From positions 1 to 61,838 of the forward strand of contig DF237483.1 in the NCBI GenBank assembly GCA_000708835.1: a DNA stretch of 61,838 nt. Reading direction: 5' to 3'. Of the stretch, positions 10,367 through 23,441 are shown piece after piece. The notes beneath the pieces are model-generated. The model was not told where the DNA came from, did no database searches, and was given only the letters and a program-made list of their open reading frames with translations. Numbering within the stretch: position 1 is the stretch's first letter; each line of letters opens with the position of its first letter. Source of the DNA: Klebsormidium nitens. Taxonomy: Eukaryota > Plantae > Klebsormidiophyceae. The translations under genes and the position numbers were made by a program.

Positions 10367-12718
10367 TTACCAGAGCCTGTTCTTCAGGCCAAGCGCTACA
10401 TATACAAGGCCCAGAAGGACCGGCACCTCGATCAACGGGCCAACAACCGCCGCAAGTGCCTCCTCGGAGTTGATCCCAAAGCTTGCCACTGCCACAGCGA
10501 TTGCCAGCTCAAAGTTGTTGCTTGACGCGGTAAACGTTTGGGTGATGCTCTTCGGATAGGAGATCTTGAGAGCGCAGCAGACGGCCAGCGTGCCCCAGAA
10601 CGTGATGGCGAAGTAAACGAGGAGAGGCACCGCCACGCGTGCCACGTCACCCAGGTTGTGCACGATCTGCTTGCCTTGCAGTGCAAACATGACAAAGATG
10701 GTGTACAAAAGCCCAATCAGCGCCGTTGGCCCGAACCAGGGCAGAAACTTCCGGTCGTACCACTGCGCTCCCCTCCACTTGCGCAGCACGAGGCGCGTCA
10801 GAAAGCCCGCGGCGAGGGGAAGTCCCAGGAAGAGCGCGACGCTCTTGGCTACGGTGCTGAAGCTGACGCTGACCGAGCCCCCCGAGACGACGTTGAGGAA
10901 GAAGAGCACAGCGGGGGCGTACAGCACTATTTGCAGGATGGAGTTGAAGGCAACTAGGATGGCGCAAAAGTCGGTGTCCCCGCACGCGAGCTGGTTCCAG
11001 ATCAGCACCATCGCGATGCACCGCGCGCAGCCAACCAGGATAACCCCGTTTCTGTAACCCGAAAGGTCTGGCAGAGTGGCCCATGCGATCCCAGTCATGA
11101 GCGCGGGCCCGATGAGCCAGTTAAGCACGAAGGAGATGGCAAGCTGGTTTCGGAGGTCGGGTTCCAGCAACTGCTTGCCGAGAAGCTCGTAGCGGACTTT
11201 GCATAAGACGGGGTACATCATCCACCAGAGGCCGATGGCGATGGGGAGGGACACCGAGTCGATCTTGGAGCCGTTGAACCCGGTCTCGATGCCGGGGATG
11301 TAGTTCCCCGCAACGACGCCGAGTACCATAACAATGATGATCCACACGAAGAGGTAGCGGTCCAACCACCCGAGCGCTCCAACCACAGCTGCAAGTGGAG
11401 ACAATCGAATGCTTGACTGTTTTACACTAGCATTTGTGACTAATTAGAATGGTACCAGGAGTAATTCAGGGTGTGTCAAGCAGGAAGCAGTGCGGGCCAG
11501 TGTCATAACGAGAAGGAACCTCACAGTTACTCTCAGAATCTTTTCTGCCAGGCTCCCCAGAAGCTGCACCTGATTACTGATAACCTGAAAAATGTTCCTC
11601 CAAGGAACTCTCTTTTAGAATCTCAGCTCTTGACTTTCTTACAAGAGATTCAATGACAAGTTTGAACAACTCACATCTGAAGTTGGCGGGGCTTGAAGCT
11701 GAAGCCTCCTGCCCGACAGGTTCGGTTTCAAACGTTCCGGTGGGAACAGGTGCTGACTTGCATGGGATTGGCTCGTCCTGGTTGTCAAGCAGTACAAACG
11801 CTTTGGAATCGCAGTCCTGTAAGGACAAGATCGATCTTCGTTCACAAGGATCAATTGGGACTCCTGGTGCTGGATTTCATTGGGTATTGCGATGCTCAGT
11901 GAAGGAGTTGCCCTGTGGAAACTGTGCCTATCTGCGCAGAAGACAATTGACCAGAGTGTTTACAAACATTGATGAAGTTGCTCTGTATGTACTGGAAGAA
12001 CATGTCTTACTTGCATCTGAAACCGCCGACGTGTAGATAAGTTGTTTTTGTTGTGGTCTTGAGAAGAAATGCTTGACCTGTCAAACAGAGCCCCTAGCGC
12101 AATCATCCAACTTACTGGTGACATTAGTGTGGCGATAGTGAACCTCTGGTGACTTTCATTATGGTATTCTCAGAACAAGACTCCGTCTCTACGTCTCTAC
12201 AAGAAAGCCCCGGGGCACCTGGCTAAGAGACTATCACCTTGATGACAAAGTCAAATTGAACGCACAAAAGCATATGCCTCACACGAATAGCACACAGTCC
12301 ACCTGTTGGAGTGTCAGACTTGTACCACCCAGTCAGGGACAGCTTACGCATTTCACCTGTTGGTGAATGTCGGAAAAGGAATGTGGTACCGCCTCCGCTT
12401 GTTCTGCTTATAACCTCTCGCGCATATTCTTCTGCGCTTCACCTATAGCGGACGGCAGGCTTTATGGAGCTTGCATGACGGTTGGGGTGGATATTTGCGA
12501 TAACAAGATGAGGTATGCAGACCACTCAGCTTCTGCTTGCTTACCTCTGTCTCCACTGCACACTGCGCACTGCATCCATCTTCCGTGTAACTTGCATCCA
12601 CGTCATAGGCACTCCCAGAAGTGTTCACAAACCGACAGCGCAGCCCTTGCCGCTGCTCGATGTCAGCTCCAGAGAGAATGCCTGACACCTCCAGCGTGCA
12701 AACAAGCCTGTGCGCCAT
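10367..12718 (-). CDS. ACR3: ACR3-family arsenite/antimonite efflux transporter with a Cys-rich N-terminal extension
   Basis: Core exon 11388-10367 has about ten hydrophobic segments plus WLDRYLFVWI, GLWWMMYPVLCKVRYE, LVGCARCIAMVLIWN, FTASSNNFELAIAVA and GPLIEVPVL. Upstream exons 12718-12545 and 11816-11675 join in frame. Candidate microexons 12356-12348 and 12016-12011 are less certain. Confidence 0.93.
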
Positions 12719-14922
12719 GATGGCGCAAAAGGCACCTCTTTCTTACAAAAAGGTTTTCGTCCCAGCAGCAAGTAGCGGGCAAAAAAGTGCTAGGATAGAC
12801 AAGAAGTACGCCAGCCAATGCGGCCACCTTTTGAGCTGGTTTGAGGGGAGCAATACTTTTCTCTCGCAGGACACGGAGGCACGCACGGGACTTCAACACG
12901 GTTATACACTGAAGCACGCTGGAGTACCTTTTCCCCTCCACAAAAGGCGGGCCCAAGTTAAAAGCCAAGGGACCTCGGAGGGGTTTTTAACGGCTCCAGT
13001 GTAGTCATATAGACATTCTTCAATGTAGAATCGTGGTAGAAGTTGCCGTAGCGTTGCCTATAAAGAACCTGAAATTTTAAGAACGTACGGTAGTATAAGT
13101 GCCCTGATTAGTCATAGAATCGGCGTATACGCCTCTAGCTGCTTGCGGTAGTCCTATGCTCTTTTCGGCAGAGAATTGGTTGGAAAGGGTTCTCGAGGGC
13201 GCGCGACGGGATCGCTTCTCGCCAAGCACCGACATGCAGCTGTACGCGTGTTCCGATCGACGATCTTGGACCGGGGCACGTGAACCGAGCCAATGACAAT
13301 GGCGCACCCCTTTGACATCCATTGACCAAATCCAGTCAGGCCGACGGTTATTTTGAGGCTTCTCTTTTGGCTAGCAAGCCCCTGTGAAATTAAAAAGGCT
13401 GAATTGCGCTGCCTTGGAAAGGCTGGGACATCTAAACAATACCGTACCGAGAACCGCTTCGGTAACTGCATAAGGGAACCGGCCACCTTCACCGGCTGTC
13501 CTAGATCCCCTCTGCAGACCTCCCGGGGCTACCCCTTATTACTCCCGGGCACGACCGGGTTGGGGTGAAACTCTTATGCATAAGAAGCCCTCGACAAGCT
13601 TCTTATTGAACTGTGCTCTCTGAATATTAGATGGCAATCTGTTGCCCGAATTTTGTAAGACTTTGTGCCGCTGGATTTCCTATCTAAAATATTCGTCAGT
13701 GCGAAATCGTTGTCAGACTTATCAAGGAGATCAAGCCCTTATGAGTACAGCACTAGGTCAGATACTAACTCTATGGTGAATTTATAAGTAAGAGTATACC
13801 GTACCACGCTATTTCCGAAGCGGTACTCTCTGCCCGGGCGTGGTTGGGTCTGTAGGAGCATAGGATGTGAACCATTGACACAGACCCTCTCCGTACCGGT
13901 AAAACGGTCGGATTGTAAATATCACCATACTTTGCTGCTGGAAATAACTGTGAAGGCGACGGTGGACGTAGGAAAGTCGGGCGGTCTGTCGCCGAGCATT
14001 CTGGTCATGCCAATGCTTGCTAGATGTACCGCACTTGGATCATACCCCTCCAACGACTGGGGTTCGATCTACGGTAAAACGACAGACGAGATCCCCGATC
14101 GACGGTAGTCAGGTGCGCCCTGTTGTGCGCGCGCAGCTTCATGTCTGAGAATACCGCGCGAAAGATCTCTTGTACTTGTTTTGATCGCTACCTAGACGTA
14201 CATACCGGAATTCAGATTCGTTGCGGTACGCAGATAGGTGCGCCTGTTGTCCAAGTACGGACTCGATCTCTGGCCAGCATCTGTGAAATACAGGTGCGGA
14301 GTCGAGCGTTGATGCCAATCCTACACATGTAGCTCAAACACTCCGCGTAAAAGTGAGATAGAAGTTTGTACTGTGGCTTCAGTCCAATCTGTACTGTCTA
14401 TTCGAATTCTTCACAGTAGCTAGCTCCAAACATATATCCAACATTTTGTCTGCAATGCTGCATGCATGTGCGCAAAGCAGATTTCCAGCAAGATCAGAGA
14501 CAATGCTGCAATGGGGCAATACTGCCATCGGTGCTCTGTGTCTGCTGTTCAGGCCTCCATTTTAGCCTGATTACATTACCTGATTGCTAAATCTCACTGA
14601 TCAGCATTGCAGCATCAAGGAGACCCAAGAGAGGAGGGTGATTGTGTGCGAAACGGAACAGCATTCTGCACCTTAGGATCGAGAATCATTTAGGAAGGAG
14701 AGGCCCTTGGCCTTGTTGGCCAAGCTCTGTTCTCATGTGACTGAACACGAAGGGTTTTTGGCACGCAAGCCTCCAAACAACAGCAAAGCCTCTCTTAACT
14801 ATACAATATAGCACTGTTCTTTTCTTTCTTTTAGGAAGCAAGTCTGCATGGCGTCTCTTCTGAGGTCTGCATGTGACATCATCCCTGCGCAAACATAGTG
14901 AGGACGAGAGACAGCAGCGCAG

Positions 14923-17900
14923 ATGGCGCTCTTCAAGTGCTGCCTCGCCCCCAAGGGGGCCGCCAAGACCGCGCCGCTGGAGTCATCTTCCTCCCCAGTG
15001 ACGTCATCAAAGAGTGCCCTCAATGCAAAGCAAGGCTGCCTAGTCTCTTTGCAATTATCCGCTGGGTCCAATGTGCCACGTGGCATTCACCAAAAGGCGT
15101 CCGACGGCGGCACGGGCGTCCTGATCGGTCCGAACCTGGTCCTCACAAGCCATGACACCGTTTCCAGCAAGGAGCAGGCAGCCAGGGGCGAGGTCCAGGT
15201 GGTAGTGTCAAGCGGGGCGGGAGGGAAGGAGTACTTAGAACGGAGGCGCCTGTTGCCAGAACGGCTGTTTGTGACAGACCCCGAGTATGACGTCACGATC
15301 TTGGCCTGCGAGAGCGCAGCGGGGTTGTCGGGAGTGACACCGGTTGCACTGGAGGAGGCGTTGGAGATTCCAGAGGCAGATGTTGTTACTGGGAGGTAAG
15401 TACTTTTCTGACCATTGTTGAACATGACCCTCCGATTTTGTGGAGTGGATGCTGACTTAGGTGTGATACAAGCATCTTTGCACTTACATTGCAACAAACT
15501 TGCTTTGCTTTGGGAAGCCTGCCATGTCAAGGCTAAGGCATACAACTTTGTTGAAGGGTTTGTTTTGTAAAATGGTGGAGACTCCACTTTTTCTGGACGA
15601 GCTTTAGCTGGCGCTTCATTTCGTTGACGCTAAAATCCACCCAGAAAACTCTTCCAGGAATGGGAATGCCTGAGTCAAGAATCCTAGAGAAAGGTGTCTC
15701 AGTTCTTTCCTTGCTGCGGGTTCATTCTGCAGCAATGCTGTGTTTGTTCCCAAGTCTTCTTTGCAAGGAATACTGACAGCGGATGCTCAAGTCCTCCTTG
15801 ATGAAGAGCTCTTTCAACATGTCTCTGAGCCAGCCATGGATATTTACAACCAAGTTTCCATAGCAACTGTAAAGATGCTTTTGTCATGAAAGCACCAAAA
15901 GGGATGTAAGCTTGTCAACTACTGAGCTTTCCAAGTTAACAAAACAGCGCTTCACAAAAAGCTGCAGCACAAAAACTCTTATGTGTGCTGCACTCCAGAA
16001 TGGACATCTATCTTGAGAGAGTCATCCCAATCTTTCCGCTGGAAACGACATGGGGATGTCCACAGCTAAATATCCACATCTTTCTACCGGGAACGACGTT
16101 GAGATGCCCCACAGCGAAAAGTCCTGATAACATACGTCGTGCACTCCTGAGTGTTCAGCCGCACGCGTTTTGGCTCAGATAGCTCATTCTCGCAACTGAT
16201 TGGCTTCCCTGCTTCTATCTGCAGCCTCATCCACGTCATTGGGCGGCCTGCTGACGTGGCAGACCTGGAAGGCGACCACCTGGCGGTCGTGACGGGGCAG
16301 GGGAAGATCAAGTCGGTGGACGGTCCGTTCCTTAAGTTCGCGTCGAACAGCGAGACCTGGGCGCCCGGGTCTGCTGCTTTCGACGACAAAGGCCGTTTCC
16401 TGTTCCTAGTGTGTGGGCCCACCGAGGGAGGAGACGCCTCATCGCCCAAGTGAGTTGCAAATGCCTGACGGCTCTTCATCGGCGAGTTCGCAACATAAAT
16501 TAGGTATCTGAGATCGGAGTTGACCTGCTTCCTGATTCGACGAGGCTCTGGGAAGAAGCGCAGTCAGGCCCACGGCCATGTTGTTTGAGACATGGTTACG
16601 AGCTCAGAAGATATTTACATAAGGTCCTTTACAAAGAGTGGCGTGCTTTGAAGGGAAAATAGGATCGAGTACTTTGATGGGAGCGTTCTAGAGCAGTCGA
16701 CGTCGAATGTTCGACGTTTGTAATAGCGTGGGAGATTTGATGCAATCCTGGGGTCCGGCCCAGTGCGCTCTCATCTACTTTCGTTCTCGTAACTCTCAAG
16801 TATAACCAATCAAAAAGCTTGCAGAATTTCCCTCACCTTGATTTGCTGAATCGGCCTTGAATTGAACGCGAAAGCTGAGTCTGATGGCGACCTGCTCCTC
16901 GCTTCCAGGGGTAAAAAAGTCGCCGCCAAGCCGAAGAAGGGCGGCATCCAGTCGGGTACCACGGCGCGGGGGATCATCCACTGGCTAGGCGAGCAAGGGT
17001 TTAAGGACTTGGCGCGGCTCGGCCGTGACGACGAGACGCGGCCGGCTCAGGGTTTGGAGGTTCTGGCGCCTCTGGCGGACGAAACCGCTCCTCAGGCTCC
17101 GACGCTTCTAGACAACAAGATCGCTTCGCAAGGTTTGGCGGGGCCCCGATCCGAGGTTGGTGAGGCGTCCGAAGAGCATCTTTCTATGATAGAGATTGCG
17201 ATTGGAAATGGGTCAGAGGGACGAACGGAAACGGATTTCGTTGACAGATTGAACGGGGAGAACGGAACGGGGAAGCAAATTGCGGGAGAAGAATCCGAGC
17301 AAACGTCGGTGCAAGAGGACGCAGACAGGGCTCGCTTGGAGGCCCCTGAGACGGTTTCGGGCGGGGCGGGTTCCGCCCGTGACCCAAAGACGAGCGGAAC
17401 GGAACAGAAGGAAGCAGCCAGGGGCCCGGCACAGGGAGCGCTTGATGAGTGTTACGTGGACGAGATCGGACTGGTGGCAGCGGAAACAGCCGGCGTTTCA
17501 GGAGCGAATGGCGGGGCGTCCGCTTACTCTGCTAAGATCTCAGATGATGTACTACGTGGCGAGACGGTATTGGCTGCAGATTTGACACCGGAGTTCGGCG
17601 AGATGGTGATGGGAACGGCCGGAAGTGCAGCCCAGGAGGCGGTAACAACGGAAAAGGGACCGGACGGGACGGACTTGAACGGAGCTTCCAACAAGGAAGC
17701 TTCGCTAGGAGTGACGTCGGCAGTCGTGGGGCCTCCTTCAGAAGAAAAGACAAGCCCTGCAGGCGAAGCGACTGAGGGAGGACTAGCGTCTGGAAAGGAG
17801 GAAGCTCCGGCGATTCCGGCAGCGGCAAACCAGACGGCGGAATTGAAGCCGGGGGGCTCTCTGAAACCCCTTTCAGTCGGCGGATCGTCCCCCCAGAGCA

Positions 17901-20900
17901 CACCGAAAGGCGCCGAAAATTCACCGAAGTCCCGGGGGAGCCCAAAAGCGAACGGAAGCCCCAAGTCAGTCTGGAAACACCCCGGTGGAAATCCGGTGTC
18001 TTCCGCTGGGAGTTCCGGCCGGGGCGGCGGAAAGGACACCGAAAGGGACCAGAAGATGATCAAGCACCTGCAGAAGCAGGCGAAGCGCGCGGCCGCGGGC
18101 GCGAAGCCGGCCAACGGCGGGGAGACACGTGGCGGCGCGTCGGGGCAGCTGTCTCGGAAAGGAAGCGGTCGCCTAAAGGAGAAGCTTAGCGATAGCAGTG
18201 CGGGTTTGATTACACCGACTGGAAACGAGAAGAAGGCTGAGCCGGAAAGCAAGGCTTTGACACCAGGAGTGATGGCCCACGACGCGACGGCGGTGGAGCC
18301 CGCTGTGGTGTCAACTGGAGTGGAAATGGAGGAGAATTCGAAGCCGGTCGCGAGCGAAACGACAACGGAATCTGACGGAAAGCCGACGCCTGATGCAACT
18401 GAGAACGCCGGATCAGCTGCGAATGACGAGCCGTCCGTTCCGTCCTCCGTTTCCGGTGGACCGGAATCCGCTGTGCAAGACAAGGCTGCCACGGATACAC
18501 CCAATCACGCTCAAGAGGCAGAGACTGGTATCAGCAAAGAGAGGGACGGGAAGTCAGCCGAGGGTGAGATTGACGAGAAGAGGGAAGCGGAAACGGAAGC
18601 ACGGCGGAAAGCGGAAGTCGAAGAGCAAAGAGAGATTGCTGCGAGCAGGTTGAAGGAGGCGTGGGGAACGGAAGCGAGACGCGGTTCAAAAGACGGGGCT
18701 GGGGTCGAGAAGACCGGATCGGAAACGGAAAACGAGGCGCCGGAATTGCTGAGTGTGGGGAAAGACCTGGAGATCGGGGGCGACCGCTTTCTGCAGTTTT
18801 CCATGTCCGTGGCCGCCGCCAAAGAGAGCTTCGAAAAGCTGGCAAAGAGGGAGGAGAAGAGCCCGGAACCGCAGAGAAAGACAAGCAGCTTGAGCTCGCA
18901 GAGAGGGGCGTCAAAGAGCGGGGCTCGACGGGAAGCTGAGGAGGCGACACGTGGCAGGCGCAGGACGAAGGGATCCGTTGATACAAGCCCGATTGACGGC
19001 GAGGAACGGATGAAACGCACCGGCAGCTTGCGCCGGTTGCGCAGAACGGAGAGCGGTGAGAAGGAGAAACTTGGGGCGAGCTTGAAGGGGGGCAAGAAAA
19101 TGGGCCTCAAACCGCCCCCCGGGCTGGCGTGGAAGGCCAAGGTCGCAGAGGAGCGGAACGGAACGGCCGGAGAGCGGAACGGAACGAAGAAAGCGGTCAT
19201 TCTGGGGCGGGGCCTTGTGCCGATCGCGGGTGTCGAGTCCAAGCGGCGCAGCGGGGACGAGCTTTGGGCAGCGCAAAAGGGTTTGAGCTCGCAGGGTTTT
19301 GCGAGGGTTTCGGGCGGCGCGGCCGCGGAGCGCACGCTGAGCGTCAGCGACATCGACCTGGAGTCCGATTCGGACGCCTCTGAAAAGATTGTGGACGGCG
19401 AGAAGTATTCGGACGGGGAGGAAGAAGTCCGGCCGAAGGAGGCTTGGCCGGAAGAACGGAACACCGAGCAGACGGAAACGGAGCGGACGGAAGCGGAGCG
19501 GGCGGAAGCGGACACGGCGGATGTGGCGAACGGGGAAGGGTCCACTGGAGCCTGGAAAGTGGAAGGAGCCTCGCAAACGGAAGAAACCACGGCCGCTGCC
19601 GACGTTCCGGCGGAATCGGTCTCCAATCCAGCGGAAAGCGCTCCGGCTCCGGTAAACGGCGAAGTCGCGGCTGGGAGCGTTGCGGCTGAGCTTCCTGAGG
19701 CGACCGCTTCCGACGGGAAAGCCCATGGTACATCCGAGAGTCCTCTACAGGTTTCTCAGGCCGAAACCCACACGACGGAACCCCTAGAAGGTGACGCTGA
19801 AAACGCGACCGAAGCGGCCGCTGTCGCACCCACGACGGAGCCGGGGGCGGCGGAAGCGGCTGCTGACGTCATCGCCGGCATCATCGCGAGTGCTGACGTC
19901 AGCGGCGAGCCCGCCGCCGGGGATGCAAAGGAGCGGCCGAGCGTGACGGGGAGCGATTCCGGCGTGACGGAGGCCGCCGGAAGAGCGTCTGAAGACGCGG
20001 CGCGGACGCTGCGGGCGCGGAGCTTCTCGGCGTCGAGTGGTGAGCAGTTCACTCTTTGGAAATGATTAGCTTTCACGCTTTGGGCAGTCCGTTGAATATC
20101 CTTTTCGGCGTTCGAAAGTTTGGAGGCTGCTGAAGTGCTGCGAGAAACGGATGGGTGGTCGATGTTGCAAAAGCGTCGAGCTCGACGGGAGAGGCTGAGG
20201 CATAACTCTTAACGACGAGGCTGATCACGGAGTTGGATTGCTCCTAAACGTGGTTGTTTAGATCACTTGCACTTGCTTCTCTGATTTGTCCGACGAAACT
20301 GATTGCCAAGTTTGAGCCTGTGCAGCAATCGCTGGGAGGACACAGACGGTAGCAATTACTCTCCACAGTCTGGACAGCATGAAACATGGTAGCGGAATTC
20401 TGCAAGAAAGACTCGTCTTTGATCTTTGCCCCCTCCTTTTCGTAGGAGCCGAAGCGAGTGCCTCTCTAGTGAAGAGCCGCATCGAGGGCTTCGGCCGGCA
20501 GACCATCGAAGTCCCCAAGCCCCGCGCAAAAACCACCGAGGACAAGATCCGGACCGCGCAGGCGAAGCTGAAGTCGAACGTCCCGGTTCTGGGCCCGGTT
20601 CTAGGCCTCGGTTTAGAAATGGGTCTCCAGTTGGAGAAGAAGCTGAAGCGGGAGGAAGACTTGCACGGGCTGAAAAAGGCGACCAAGTTTAAGGTGAAGA
20701 AAGTGACGCCCCTGGAGGTCCCGGCGAATGCTACCGGGCAAAACGGGGGGGGACTGTCGCCGCAGACGAGGGGTCGGGAGATCCGCCCCGGGGTGTACGA
20801 GTCGGCGGCGCAGTCGCCCACGTCTCCGTCAGAAGCAGGTGAAAGAGGAGCGAAAGATTAGATGCATTTGCAGAGCGAAAATGAGAAGCTATTGCTTTGA

Positions 20901-23441
20901 CGCTTATCGCTTCTTGCTAATCGAGATAATTGTTGACGTCGAATTCTTTAAGATGAAGCTGTTTTTGGTGTCGCCTGAGAGCCTTCACAAAAGTGTTGAT
21001 TTGCAGTTTCTGTTGCGTCATGTGCGCTTTGAGACGCCGTCCTCTGGCGGGTCTATCGACTTACCCTTTGCCTTCAAAGGAAGCACAATACCCTAGCATT
21101 GCTTTGAGCAGAAGTGTTGCGTCACATCCATTCTCACCTCATTACGTTCAATCAAGCCCTGTTCCGCTTTTTGTAGGCTCCCCCAAGTTCATTCCGGAGG
21201 TGTTGGTGAAGGTGACGCAAGACATCAGCCGCGGCGTGAACAAGGTGACGCACGAGATCAGCCAGGGGGTGAAGGACGGTGTCAAGGCCGTCACGGAGCT
21301 CCCGGGCATCAAGGAGGGGCTGGGGATCATCATGGAGCCCATCAAGAAGGCGGAAGAGGTCGGTAGACTTGACACTATAACTTGATGTCAGATTCTGATT
21401 ACTTCGATGGATCATATTGATAGGGCGGAGAGGTCGGTAGACTTGACCCTGTGATTACGTATCAGAATCTGATTGGTCACAGAGGTAGGGAGAATTAAAA
21501 TCTCAGAGGGTTCTCGGAGGCGGGTGTAAGTGAGCGGATGCATACAAACTGCTCGCCAATTCAAGAAAAAATGTCAGCTGTCCGGCATGCGAAGATTGAG
21601 TACTTGCTGAGGAAAGCTCATAACGACCAGATTCAGCGGGATCGCTCGTTGCTCCAAGTAGCCACTGGATCTATTACCTCTAGAGGCCGTTTTCTTTATT
21701 CCTCCTCGACCAATCCTGATAGAAATTGGAGAGGGCTCAAAAGATCGAACAGACGGTGTCCAGCTTTTAAGGGCAGAGTCTGAGCCGGTCATGGCATTCC
21801 GTTCGCTTCCGCAGGAGAAGAAGGAAGCGGAACGGAAGCGGCTGGAGGCGGCCGCGGCAAAGGAGCGCGCGGTCGCGGAAGAGAAGCAGGGGCGGCTGGA
21901 CCGGCTCAAAGTGAACGACGCCAACGAGACGATGCGCGACATCAAGGCGTCCATCCTGGGGCTCAACTTTGGGTGAGGGGGCCGAGAGTTTCGTCATTTG
22001 GCGTTTTCTCCCGATATTTACTTTCTGCATTCTGACTCAACTTTCGGGTGAGGGGGCTGAAAGTTTTTGGAATTTCTGGGAGCATTTTCCTTCTTATTGG
22101 CGCTTCAAGTGGGTGGGCACTTGGCCGAATGGCTAGAAAGATCCTTTCCTGGATCGATTGGGGACAGCGTATATTGAAGCTTGAGCGGATGAAATTTTGG
22201 GCGCCTCAGGTTTGGAAGTCGTCCTGAAGGATTGGAAACAGCAGTTTTTCAGCGGTTGATTGGTGTTTGGAGTTTCCATGAGTGAACTTTGAGCAAGAGG
22301 AGCAGGGCCCTCGTGCCGTACGATTCCGTCGTGCCGTACAATCTTGCTGATCTTTAATTCCTGACCGTTCAGGATGGTCGCTGACAAAAGTGATGCTTAT
22401 CAGCATGAGGAGGGCCGACTGTTATTCGCGCAGCCTGGGCTCACACTGTTTTTTTTTTCCTGCAGCGGAAAGAAGAAAGCGGCGCTTGCCGGCTTCAACG
22501 ACCCCGACCTGGACGCGGACACCGACGACGCGGCCGCGCGCGCGGTCCATCGCGCAAAGCTGGAGCGCAGGGTTTTAGGTTCCTTCTCCGGCCTGCTCGC
22601 GAACACCGAGACGCTGACGCAGCTGACGCAAGCTTCCGTCGAAGATAGGGACCGGAAGCCGGAGCACGACACGCGACGGGCGTCGCACCTGTGGCCGGGA
22701 CACGTGGCGCCCGCGGGTTCGTGGGAGAGGGTGCCGACGCGGCTGCACAAGTGAGTGCCATGTGGATTCTCAGAATCGTCTCCTTGCATTGGAGTGGACG
22801 GATGGCAAGTTTTATTCAGGGCGGCCGTTTGTTACGACAGAATTCGCTATGAAACGTTGTTGGCAGGTTGAAAGCGCCTAACTTCCGCGAAGATTTAGAA
22901 GGTACTTGAGATTGTTCGTTCCGTTTCAAATCTATGATATATATGACCCATATGACCCATCCCTTCTACAAGGAATCCAACCTTTACCGTGTCAACTCGT
23001 TGCGTGAACGAGCTTAAGCAAGTACGAATTGAGTATCACGCCGTGCTCAGCTCTTGAAGTGCTCTCAAGGGCTCTGTAGAAAGCGCTCGCAAGTGAAGGC
23101 CTCAAAACACATAAAAGGGATGTTCGAAATTCAATCGCGGCCCCTTGTCCAGATTCGTCCGGAGAACCGGTGAGATGACGTTGCAGCAGCAAGCGGAGGT
23201 GCTATGGCACGCAAGCCAAGACGCGGCGACCGATCCCTATGAGCGTCTAGCTGGGGAATCGCCTGAAACGGACGAAAATGCGGTAGCCCAGGGTATCAAG
23301 GGTCTGCCGTCTACGGCGGCTTTGCAAGACTCTCAATTGGTTGCGACAGTGGAATCGGAGAAGGTTTATCGGATAACCAAGTGGCAGGATGACTACTGGA
23401 AGAAGCGGATGGCTGGTTTCAGGCACGAGAATACGTGGTAG
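14923..23441 (+). CDS. 1711-aa protein: N-terminal trypsin-like (Trypsin_2) domain of an uncharacterised plant family plus a very long low-complexity region
   Basis: Exons 14923-15395, 16225-16449, 16909-20039, 20446-20838, 21177-21358, 21815-21972, 22466-22750 and 23153-23441 give 5136 nt in one frame. Motifs: GTGVLIGPNLVLTSH, LLPERLFVTDPEYDVTI, GQGKI, WAPGSAAFDDKGRFLFLVC, GIIHWL. Confidence 0.8.

Noticed and set aside
14100-14330. Recurrent aggtgcg words in the intergenic region upstream of the protease-like gene
   Set aside because: Too short and irregular to call a repeat or regulatory array.
17184-19829. Long minus-strand ORFs (up to 371 aa) opposite the giant exon
   Set aside because: Antisense shadows of GC-rich low-complexity coding sequence. 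The same applies to overlapping ORFs across ACR3, SDR and GNAT.
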